Shown here in pieces: positions 27,979-39,044 of a stretch of DNA of 64,000 nt. The stretch is from Chlorokybus atmophyticus (taxonomy: Eukaryota > Plantae > Mesostigma and Chlorokybus algae). The translations under genes and the position numbers were made by a program. How positions within the stretch are numbered: position 1 is the first letter of the stretch; the number at the start of each line of letters is the position of its first letter. The notes beneath the pieces are model-generated. The model was not told the DNA's origin. It ran no database searches and saw nothing but the letters and a program-made list of their open reading frames with translations. The stretch lies in the NCBI GenBank assembly GCA_009103225.1, contig RHPI01003642.1, positions 669,932 through 733,931 on the forward strand. The letters run 5' to 3'.

Positions 27979-30900
27979 TCTGACAGTGGTCCACCTGTTT
28001 AGGCGCTTGCTCGACCTGCCGAGTTTGTTCCCAACAAACAAGCGGCAATTTTCGACTGGCTCGTGAAGCTGAGACACTATGTTCACTCCCTTCACATTTC
28101 TGAGGAGGGAAGTTGCGTTCGCTGAGTTGCTGATCCCAAACGATGCTCTGGCAGAGTGGTACCGCCGTAAGCAACGGGACACGAACCTCGGGCGGGAACT
28201 AAACAGTTGTGCTCTTTCATCGAGCAGCGCTATGGTGGCGCAGATCCTGCCCAGGTTGCTCGCAACCAGCTGCACAATCTGCGTCAGAACGGGCGTCCGG
28301 TTCAGCAGTATATCTAGAATTTTTAGTCGTTTGTCAGCAAGATCAATGCTGGCAACTACCCATCAGTGATGCTGATCAGCTAGATATGTTCAGGCGTGGC
28401 TTGAACACAGATCTCGTGCAGCATGTAGCCGTCAACCCCACGAGTTTGCAAGAGTGGGCCTTGACGGATCCATCAATGCTGATGCAGATGGTTGTTGCTG
28501 TGGACAGTGTGAAGCGCTCTCACGCAAACATGCAAACCACAGCAAAAGAGGCAGCCCCGGTTTTAGCTGCAAAGCGCCCGGCCACTGACAACAAACCTTT
28601 TGTGAAAATGGCGAAAACATCTCAGCCTGTTGGCCCCTACAACGCGGCCAAATCCACCATCACTTGCAACTTCTGCAAGAAGACAGGTCATGGGGAGGCC
28701 AAGTGCTATGCAAAGCAGAATGCATAGAAGGCCAAGCAGCAAAAGGACAAGAAATAGGAATTGTCCGTGGTTGGTAGCTTAGTCGAGCAGAACGACTTAA
28801 AAAACTCCATACTTCGTGGTAAAGTTTCCTCTCTTTGTGATGTATTAGATGTATGGACTGATATGAGCACACCACCTGTGTTGACACATGCAAACGGTTG
28901 TGTTTTAATCAATGTTCCATTCTCTGAATTGGTAACTGCTGTTAAGCACTTACACGAGTTGCAATTACAACATGCTGTCACTGCATGTGTAGTTATCCCT
29001 CAATATCATGGCCCGTGGTCGCAATTGTTGAAAGGGGGAGAAGTAATTATGCAACTCTCACGCAAAGATATAGGCACTTCACCGTTACAAGTGATTTTTA
29101 TCAAGCCTGCTACCAATCACGGCACTCCGACATTAGCTACATTTGATGGTCACTCAATGCCACTCCAATGGAGATTTGAGAGTTAACTTATGGGTACACC
29201 AAGTACAGCATTGATTGATACTGGTGCAAACCATAACTTTGTTGAACATGCTTGTGTGAAACGTAATAACATACCTTTCACACCAGTCACGTCGTATGTA
29301 CGTGCTGCTGGTTCCACCCTTAATGCAATTGGGGAGGTAAAGGGGCGTCTTTTTATTAACAACCACAAGACTCGACCAACGTTCATCGTGGTGGATATAG
29401 GTATCCCCGGGGTGGATGTTGTTTTCGGTGAACAGTGGCACACCGAAGCAGGTTTGCAATTAAACTCTCGAACAAATACGTGCACCTTTCGTCAGGGTAA
29501 ACGTCAGGTGACGTTAATTGCACCTGCACTCGCACGTGTTGCTCGTGACAATGTTCCGTTCCTCTCTGCTATGCAACTGAAACGTTGCATGCGTAAACGT
29601 GAGGAAGTATATTTGATGCACTTACGACAGGTAGGGACACCTATAAAACAGACCGTATCTGACCCTGTGGTGCAATCACTTACGGAACAATACGCAGATG
29701 TATTTCAGGATGAACTCCTGGAGTTGCCTCCTGATCGAAACATACATCATACCATTCCGTTGGAAGAGGGGGCAAGCCACCTTGGCGGCCTATCTATAGG
29801 CTAAGTCCCTTTGAACATGCGGAAATGGAAAAATAGCTCAAAGAGTTATTGGACAAAGGTTTAATAACAAAGAGCATATCTCCTTTTGGTGCACCAATTT
29901 TGTTTGTGCTCAAAAAGAATGGCAAGCTACGCATGTGTATTGATTACCGTGCTTTGAACAAGGTAACTGTGAAAAACAGATACCCTTTGCCTCGGATTGA
30001 TGATTTGTTTATAAGCCGGTCAGGTGCAACAGTGTTCAGCACACTTGATTTGACCAGTGGTTATCATCAAATCAAAATCCACCCGTCGCATATACAAAAA
30101 ACTGCATTTCGCACCCCATTGGGACACTTTGAGTATAAAGTGTTACCATTTGGGTTAACAAATGCACCGGCTACATTTTAGACAGCAATGAACGCGGTAT
30201 TTGGTGATGAATTGTACAAGTTTGTACTGGTATATCTTGACGACATTATTGTGTTCAGCAAAACCCGGGAGGACCACCACAAGCATGTGGAATTGGTTCT
30301 AGCTAAGTTACGCGAACACAAATTCTATGCCAACCTGTCCAAATGCAACTTTGCAAAGGATGAACTACCATTTTTAGGGCATGTGATTGGCAAAGAAGGA
30401 TTGAAACCAGATCCTCAAAAGGTGTGTGCGGTGAAGGATTGGCCACCACCCAAGGATGTACATCAGTTACGTGCTTTCTTGGGGTTAGCCAATTATTTCG
30501 CAAGTTCATGCGAGCATATTCTAGCATGGAAAATCCTTTAACATCTTTACTGAGAAAAGATGTTAAATTTGTGTGGACGGAGGCACACGAGGTTGCTTTT
30601 ACACCCATTAAAGATGCATTAACACAAGCCCCTATGTTAGCCTTCCCCGACCACACCAAGCCTTTTGTGGTGATCAGTGATGCTTCCACCATTGGGTGTG
30701 GGGCAGTCCTTCTACAGGATGACAGACCATGTGCATATGAAAGCAGAAAGTTCATTCCTACTGAACGTAACTACACAACCACTGAGCAGGAATTGCTTCG
30801 GGTGGTGCACGCGCTGCGCACATGGCGTTGCTATTTGAAAGGTGTGCAATTTTCAGTGATTACTGATCACAACCCGCTCACATTCTTTCATACGCAACAG

Positions 30901-32460
30901 AACCTGTCGAGGCGGCAAGCTAGGTGGAATGAATTCATTTCTCGTTTCACTTTCATTTGGCAATACCGTCCAGGTCGCACCAATGTGGCGGATCCACTAA
31001 GTCGTAGCCTCGCTCTTTTGGCACTTACGCGCTTTCGAAGTCTGCGTAATGTGCAACAGCCTGAAGATCCTTTTTTAAAGGAAGTGTCCACAGGTTATAA
31101 CTCAGATGGTTGGTTTAGCAGTCAAACCAACTTGCAACAGCTTACTGCTGTTAGCAATCTGTGGTATAAAGGGGAGCAATTGGCAATTCCCAACTCGGGC
31201 GACTTGCGTAAGCAATGCTTACATTCAGTGCATGACCCGCCGTATGCTGGGCATTTGGGGAAACACAAAACACTCAAAGCTGCGCAACAGTTATACTGGT
31301 GGCCGTTAATGTCAGCTGAAGTGGATCAATATGTTCGCACATGTGACGTGTGTCAACGTAATAAGCCACTACGACAATAACAAGCGGGATTGCTTAAACC
31401 ATTGGTAATTCGAAAATAAAAGTGGGATAGTGTCAGTATGGATTTGATTACTGACCTACCTAAAACAGCAGCCAAATACACTGCTATTGTGGTTTTTGTC
31501 GACCGTTTGACAAAAATGGTGCATTTTGCCCTGTGTTGCACAATCGTGAGTGCACGGGACTTGGCACATTTATTTGTGTCCACGGTCTTTCGAGTTCACG
31601 GTATACCGCGTGAGCTTATCACAGATTGTGATCTTCGGTTTGTCTCCAAGTTTTGGAGAGAAGTCTGTGAATTGTTGGGGGTAAAACAAAGCATGTCGAC
31701 TGCTTTCCACCCGCAAACGGACGGACAAACTGAGCTAGCAAATCAAATACTGGAAGGAATGCTTCGCCACTATGTGGCTCCTATCCATGCTGATTGGGAC
31801 AGGTACTTGCCAATGGCAGAGTTCGCTGCGAACAACGCGTGGCAGGAAAGTGTAAAGGAAACCCCATTTTTCATGAATTATGGGATTCGCCCGAACACAC
31901 CAGCGTCATTGCGTGTACCTCGCAATGCCCTGACGGTACCAGCGGCAAAGGAATTTGCCACTGATATGCAAGAAAATATGACTCGAGCCAAGCTATGTCT
32001 GTCAGAAGCACAGGACAGGCAAAAAGCTTATGCTGATACACATCGAAGAATGGCCACTTTCGATGTCGGCGATAAAGTTTTGCTTAATGCAAAGAACATA
32101 ACCATCAAAGGTGCGGGTGCTCGCAAGTTGCTGCCCCGATGGTTAGGTCCCTTCTCTATCACTGATAGAGTTGGTACGCACGCTTATCAGCAATTGCCCC
32201 CAAGTGTGCGTATACACAACGTGTTCCATGTGAACTTGTTGAAACCTTACCGCTCAGACGGTAGAACACAGCCTCCACTACCGCCAGTTGAGGTGGACAG
32301 CGAGCTCGAATACGAGGTGGAAGTGATATTGAACCATAAGCTAAATAGTCGAGGACGCGCAACTCGCTATTTGGTGAAATGGAAAGGGTATGGCTCAGAA
32401 CATAACAGTTGAGAGCCCGACAGGCATTTGACGCACTGCCGCAAGGTGCTTCGAGCTTAA
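27979..32460 (+). pseudogene. Remaining gag-pol of element A, with many stops and frameshifts
   Basis: CNFCKKTGHGEAKC 28665-28706, LIDTGA near 29211, YLDD 30233-30244, integrase, chromodomain YEVEVIL...YLVKWKGYG; in-frame stops near 28725, 29184, 30178, 31378, 32410. Confidence 0.93.
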
Positions 32461-32629
32461 TGGGATTCAAGTCGTGTCCCATAAACTGTGGGCTTGGTTT
32501 TATGACAGACTGGCAGTGCAGTTTCATTACCACCCTGTCATTTCCTGCTATCTCACTGGTCACAACTACTCAAAATCAAGCATGATTAACTGAGTTCAAC
32601 AAGACGTTGAAAACCTAAGTGGGGGGGAA

Positions 32630-33156
32630 TGTAACGGGAGCAATAATAATAGGGGTAATATTGCTACCTAAATAACACATTCTGTATGAATAAGTATCTA
32701 AATATGCTTGTTTATACCTCTTTTTTTACGGTTCCTCGCTTATTAAAGGCTATGATGCTTTATCATAGCTTAAATAAGTCCCAATGGGTGTGAAACCGCT
32801 TATTCAAGCCTATTTGATGTCACATTTGATAAAATGTGATCACTATCTCGTTAGGTACCTTACGATATGTATGTTCCAATAGGTACCTTATCGATAGGTA
32901 CCTTATGTGAGCTGTGATTGGCTCACGCTTGATTTCCTAACTACCCTATCCGTAGGGTTGAAGTCTAGTTGTTGTTTAATTATCGAGAGGTATATATTTG
33001 ATATACTCTTGATATAAAAGGTCACATCAAACTGATGTGGGGACTTTCAGTTCTCTGCTCTGTGGCGGCCACGCCGTTGAAAGGCTTGTCATAGGCGGTG
33101 TGGGTGTTGGGGTAGAGGATTGAAGAGGCATCACCGGCGACGGTGGTGCTGTTACA
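32630..33156 (+). repeat. 3' LTR of element A
   Basis: Direct repeat of 20122-20648, preceded by PPT. Confidence 0.96.
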
Positions 33157-33789
33157 ACCGTGGCCACCGCCGCCGCTTTAAGATCGCCTGTGCTTCTTGA
33201 CTCACGAACTTTACAAGGACCCTGACAACTTCAGTGTCATATTGTGTCACGCGGTACCAAATACAACTTATTACAATCTTAAACCCTTACCGCCTCTCCT
33301 CGGCGCAGCGCTTTTGCTACGATGACCATCATGGTTGTGATATTGGTATTTGAGCTTGCAACACAGGTTCGAATCTCGATGCGGATGGGTGAGAAGGGCG
33401 ACTGTGTTCCATGCATAGCTGCCACCATGCCCGATTGAGCCTAACACAACCTAGACGCACAACCAGTCCTGCCATGCGAGCGCCGCGTTTTCCTCAAGCT
33501 GGCGGGCCTTGAGCCACATGTCCCCACCCATTACCGCGGCCGCCGCTTTAAGATCGCCTTTGCCTGTGTTTCTTGACTCACAAACTTTACACGGACCCTG
33601 ACAACTTTAGTGTCATATGGTGTCACGCGGTACTAAACACACATAATTACAGTCTGAAACCCTTGACGCCTCTCCTCAGCGCAGCGCTTTTGCTACGATG
33701 ACCATCATGGTGGTGACATTGGTATTTGAGCCTGCGACACAGGTTCGAATCTCGCTGCGGATGGGTGAGAAGGGCGACTGTGTTTCATG
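33157..33789. repeat. ~375 bp tandem duplication; unit 1 is split by element A (20001-20121 plus 33157-33413), unit 2 is 33410-33789
   Basis: 20001-20120 matches 33410-33530 (CATGCATAGCTGCCACCATGCCCGA...GAGCCACATGTCCCCACC); 33157-33413 matches 33533-33789; CATG at the junctions. Confidence 0.9.
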
Positions 33790-34089
33790 GAACAAAAATT
33801 TGGATTGAACTCGCGGGTCGCTTCGCGTATCTGGCTGCGCGCTGAATTGCGTGGGTAGATACCTGGCCAGTACGAAATCCTGTTTGGATTGTACCTTCGT
33901 ACACGGGGACGCGGCAGTGCGTCGCGGGCTAAAGCCGAGAGGAATGTCACGCCGCGCTTGATAATAAACCATAAAACCGTGACGCCTCTCCTCATGGACC
34001 ATGAGTCATGGACCATGAGTCATGGTAGCCCTCATGGACCATGAGTCGTGGTAGCGACTTTTGCTACCATGGCCGAGATGGTTGTGATA
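33621..34089 (+). mobile_element. TRIM-like non-autonomous miniature LTR element
   Basis: 98 bp TGTCAC...GTGACA repeat (33621-33718), then T-TGGTATTTGAGC (PBS-like), ~225 bp non-coding interior, GAGAGGAA (PPT-like), and a second TGTCAC...GTGATA repeat (33945-34089). An extra LTR+PBS copy lies at 33245-33355. Confidence 0.65.
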
Positions 34090-34632
34090 GATTGCACACG
34101 GTTCGTGCAAAATTAAAATGAAGATACTACTACCCAGCAGCGTCAATGTTGATGTCAGACTGCAACATGTGAATGATTGGAAGGTATCTCTCATCTTATG
34201 ATACATATGCATGGACAATTCGTCGTACAATATGCAGGAATGCAGAAGTACTGCTGCAACATGTGACATGTGATAACAACCTTTCCACACCACTAAGCAA
34301 GGCACACACAGCAATGCCCAAAGCAAACATGCCATAAAAGCCATGGGTCAACTTCATGGCAGCGCTGCTAACATGTCATGCATTCCTCAATCCCTGCATA
34401 CTATATGTTGTACACCCAGCCCACTTCCCTCGTGCACCCCATTGCGCACAGTAGGCCGTCGGCATCCCCATGACATTGTGTGTCATGAATTCTGACACTC
34501 CTCGCACAGCCTTCCTCCTTGCCGGATGTCCGATATGTTGTGTTCACCCCAGCTGGTATTTTACTCGCTATAACTCAGTGCTGTGAACTTGCACATTGTG
34601 AGATTTGAACTGTAGTCTGCGAGATGTAGACA

Positions 34633-37600
34633 TCAGAACTGTTTTCGTTTTGAGCTAACGCACATTTTATACACAAAGCCTACAAGGACTCCTGTGACTG
34701 CCAGCAGGATGATATGCCACCAATACGATGTGGGCGATGCATCCTGCAAATGATTACGGCGCATAAGAAGAATGTGCAGTGTCACCAATGCCACTTCAAA
34801 CACAATGTGTAAGACTGGCCAAAAGGCAGCATGACGGAAACATACCATGTAGCAGAAGTAGGCCGTGGTAACATCTGCTGCAGCAGCGGTGAGCAGCTGC
34901 TCAACAGCGACAAGGTCATGGCGCGCCGATAGTGCATAGTACAGGGCAGCGCGCTGGTTGTTCAAGGACAGATAATATGTTGCTTGATGCAGTTTGTGCC
35001 TCAACACGTTCCAGCGCTGCACAAAGTGGTAGTGCTGAGAATGCGTCATCACTCTGCTCTCATTGCCATATCTCTGTCACAACAGTGAAGAGTCAGCAGA
35101 TAACGTACATCAGAGGGTGAGAGACACAGTGAGACAACATACAACGTACCAGACACGTACAATGGCAATCTAAACTGCCTAAAGCTATGCAGTGGCGTCA
35201 TCATACCGCAAATTCGTTCAGCAGGTCCATTGCCTCCCCAGCAGTCTCGTTTAGGTAGGTGTACACAAGGTTACGATGTGCCGCATCGCGTTGTGCAAAT
35301 GAGACAGAGACGATGCTTGACAACGGTCCAAATGGGGTGTTGCCCACTGACCAGAGGTAATTCTCCGAAGGACGCTGCTGCTGCGCATCCCATATGACAT
35401 GACTGTAACAAAAATGCATAAGCCTTTCATGAAGCGCATGACACTGCTGCGAGCACCTGGGCAGCACACGCACAATACTCACGTAGGGTTGACTCCCCAA
35501 CCAGCTTGCAGCACTCCGGCTAGCACTTGGCGCGCAATCACTCTTGGATTGAACAAGACGACCTCATCGTTGCAGCTGCATAAAACAAGGCCTTGTCACC
35601 GCTTAGAAACAACAACCTGTGCAGGTCCTGCATGGCTGGTAAGCAAGCAGTGTGGCAGCACCTGAAATCAACAATGGACTCCCCAGCATTGCTACGCACC
35701 ACAAGTACCATGTCGTCAAAAGCTACCACCTGCGATAACGCCAATCCAACACGAACAGTTGTATACGCAGATTATCACATTGCCTGAGGCCTGTGGCGAT
35801 TACATCTCTAGTAATGGCAGAAGTGCGGCCAGACAATGGCAGACATGGCCTGCGTGTGGAGATATGTGCGCACCTGGTGGTGGCGATCTAGTAATAGAAG
35901 TTCATTGGAGGTTACATCAAAGATGTAAACAGGAAGGACGCGAGTATTTGCTTTACTGGGGTCCTTCAGACCAGCATGTTGGTTGCCCTCGGCACCAGCA
36001 TCACCGGGTTTTCGTATGCCAATCTCTCCTGCGCACGCAACGAGTACGGCTTATCAGCAACTGTGCTGAATAAGAGGATCATTTAACCATCAGAGGAATG
36101 ATTGATCCCTTAACATGGTATAGTCAACATGCTGAGAGAGATCTGCGGTTGCCCAACTCTTACTTACTGGTTATGTCTCTTTGAAAGGCTTTGAGCCAAT
36201 AGTGAAGCTCTAAGGCATCCAAGTAATCATGCACGACAGCGCCTCCACGCACAACATTGCTGGTATGTGCCTGCAGACAGAAGCATTGTAGACCATGAAG
36301 ATGCGCTGGATAGCATGGGATTCGACTGCTTGCAACACGCGGAGGATTGAACCTTTGCCAGTGTGGCACTGACCTTCAGGGCGTGTGCGTATGCAGCAAC
36401 GCAGAAGTCGCACATGCCAAAGGACGTGTGAACAGTCGTGACACGGAGTTTTTCGTCCAGTACTGCCAAGCCACTAAGCTGTCACCAAAGAATACGGATC
36501 AGTGTATCATAACAGCCCTAGCAACCAGCAGGCGCCAAGTTGAAAGTAATCCAGACCAAGCGCAGCCATCAGCACTGATTGCGACATGGCAAACTGACAG
36601 CCAACTGGCAGCTTTTGCCACAACTTGCATGCAGAGGGCGCACCGTATGCAGTCAACAATCGTCATACCAAGTTGATGGGTGCAGGACAGCCTTACCTGA
36701 GACTCTAAGATGCGTGTACTGAGACCGGCTGGTCCACTGTGTCGAGGAGAGTCTTCATCAACAGCCACGTGCACTATGCGCACTTCAGTGTCATCATAAT
36801 GCCAGACTGGGTACCATGACAGCGGAGGGGAAATCAGATGCTCGCAAGCACTCCATATGAGCGTAATCAAGTCAGTCACAAGCTCCTGCGAACAAAATAA
36901 CCGCTTTGTGCACGTTGTCTAACGCGGATCTGAAGTGAACAGCAGGCCTGGAATCTACCTGCTCCCTCACCTTCTGGTGCTGCGAATGGCGATATTTTGT
37001 TACGCGCGGAATATCTTGTGGCTGAACAAAACCTTTGCGAGCAGACTGGGGACCGTAGGACACAGGCCCAGCCGTCAAGTCAAGCCACGCATACCGTTGT
37101 TCCTGCACCAACAATTCAAGCTCAGTACAGCAAGCACGCCAGCGCTTTACAAAAGCCACTGAGGTACGCAGCATGCACCTTTGAGACCCACAAAGAGCCC
37201 ATACAACTGTGGAGAGGTGTGCCTGACTCTTCATAGTAATAGGCATATGGCTGAGTTTGCGACTTGGGGTTTAGAAGGTACAGTGTGTATGTTGTCCGGC
37301 TGCGACTGGGCTCCTTTGCAATCAGCTTATCCACCAGCGTGTGCGGCAGTTCGGCCAGTTTTGCACTAATGTGGCCCTCAGGAGTTTTGTAGCCTGTCTA
37401 GTTGAACATGTTATCACTCAACCACATGCACCAACCAAGACTGAAGTACTGCAGATTGTAAGTAAGATTGCAAGATGGAGTGTGCGTGTGTTGCTGCCAC
37501 GCACCAGGTACCCGGCGATCTCGTTGCTAATGTAAGTCGCAAGCTGTGGCGCAGCTTCCGAAAAATGCAAAACAAGCTTGGGTTTCACAAGAAGATGATG

Positions 37601-38410
37601 CGGCTGCGTGGCAACGAAAACTAAGTGACAAACTAATGCATGCGCCCTTTTGGACAGCATAGCATGGAGCTGGGTTTGTGAGCGTCGCGATACAACTCAT
37701 ACCAGTGAGCCTGATGTTGGCTGCAGCAGCTAATCTGAGAAAGTGCGTACCGGAGTGTTGATGACAGAAGCCTGAACGTCTGCTTGTATGGCCTCCAGGA
37801 AGGGGTCAAAGTTTTCCTGCCATGCAGTACAGTTGTTGAAAGTAGCATTTGCCCATGCTTTCCTGCAGCTAAATTGCAGGATTAGCGCAAGCATGACATG
37901 ACTACTACTACTAGAGAATTGTCTCCAGTTACCTAGTAGTCAATTCTTCTCAGTTCCGAGCAAAGACTAGTTGCTTTGTTCGTTGGGATGCTTACAGCTT
38001 AGGGATATCCGAATGGAGATTGGCATGCACACACAAATACTCACTGGTCTCAACTCCACTTTTCCATTGCCGTCGCCATCAAAGCCAACAAGCTTGATCT
38101 CCAGCCCCACGGTGACGTCCAGCGACTCGGCCAGCTGGGCGGCTTTGGTGTGCATGTTGCTGCCGTCGTCTCTGGCCCAAGCCCGCTTGCTGCTCTGCGG
38201 GAGCAACTCAAAGCTGTCCAGCTTGGCCCTGGGATCCTTATCCAGCTGGAACAGCTCCAGCTCCACGGACGGTCCATACTCGCCCTCACGCCACTGCTCT
38301 CGGGAGGACGGGGTCAAGCCTTCAACCAGGTGCCAACGTCCGCAGCTCAACAGCAGCAACGAATACACCGCACTCAGCGCCGCCGCCCGCCTTCCCCAAG
38401 CGTGCTCCAT
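34633..38410 (-). CDS. Conserved uncharacterised secretory-pathway protein, Arabidopsis At3g28720-like, multi-exon
   Basis: Signal peptide; YLLNPKSQTQPYAY...CMGSLWVSK/EQRYAWLDLTAGPVSYGP; YLWSVGNTPFGPLS...SFAQRDAAHRN; FVQRWNVLRHKL; C-terminal TM and KRKQF-stop, matching the recalled plant family. Confidence 0.8.
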
Positions 38411-39044
38411 ACCTCACAGCTTGCTGCCATTGTCCACCAAGTGCATGCAATTTCCCGCGCAATGTGCGCGTTGGATTGCTCTACCGTTGGCGGTGGCGGC
38501 GGCGGCCGCAGCGCAGGGTGCCGTTCATTGTTGCCCTAGGCGGTTGGAGCCGTTATCTTGCACGAGGTAAGTGTGAGCGACGGCGACTGGAGCAGTTCAT
38601 CGCTGGGTGTTCTCGCTACAGCATCGCATTTGCAAAGCTGCTGTTGTCTGTGTCAATTGTGCTTGGACACGCGTTCGCCGCACTACGACGGTGTCTCAAA
38701 GTTACACTACCAGCATTCGTAGCTAACTTCGCTCTTTTATACACACACACAATCTGGCATAGTGTCGCTTTGGCATGTACCTTGCCCAAGTGATGCTACC
38801 GGCCTGTGTATTTCCGGGTGCTATACGTGTATTCCTGAGCTGCACATTGTTTGTCACAGCAACATACGCGTAGAATGATACCATGCCATCTGGATTTACG
38901 TCTGATGACGATTTGCGCGTATGACGAGGCAGAGAGGCAGCTCACAAGCCGTTGCGCACTTTGCGGTGCATTTGCAAGCTGTAAACATATAACAAGCTCG
39001 GTATCAACTATGAGCGGCCGACATATCTGCATGCAGGTTACCAA

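Larger units (their letters stand above)
20122..33156 (+). mobile_element. Element A: Ty3/gypsy chromovirus-type LTR retrotransposon, decayed and interrupted by element B
   Basis: 527 bp LTRs TGTAAC...GTTACA at 20122-20648 and 32630-33156 (about 40 differences by eye, ~92% identical); PBS TGGTACC at 20650; PPT AAGTGGGGGGGAA before 32630; TSD ACCGC/ACCGT; gag with CCHC knuckle, protease DTG, RT YLDD, RNase H, integrase, chromodomain. Confidence 0.97.

Noticed and set aside
28300-32460. RIP-like hypermutation of element A
   Set aside because: Some stops fit C-to-T changes, but the contexts are mixed and there is no consensus sequence to count against; ordinary decay is sufficient.
33340-33400. 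tRNA gene suggested by GGTTCGAATC
   Set aside because: No T-stem pairing, acceptor stem or clear A-box; kept only as a low-scoring motif note.
33995-34050. CRISPR-like array (CATGGACCATGAGT repeats)
   Set aside because: The repeats are 14 bp and directly adjacent, with no unique spacers and no cas genes, in a eukaryotic context; they are an LTR-internal expansion.
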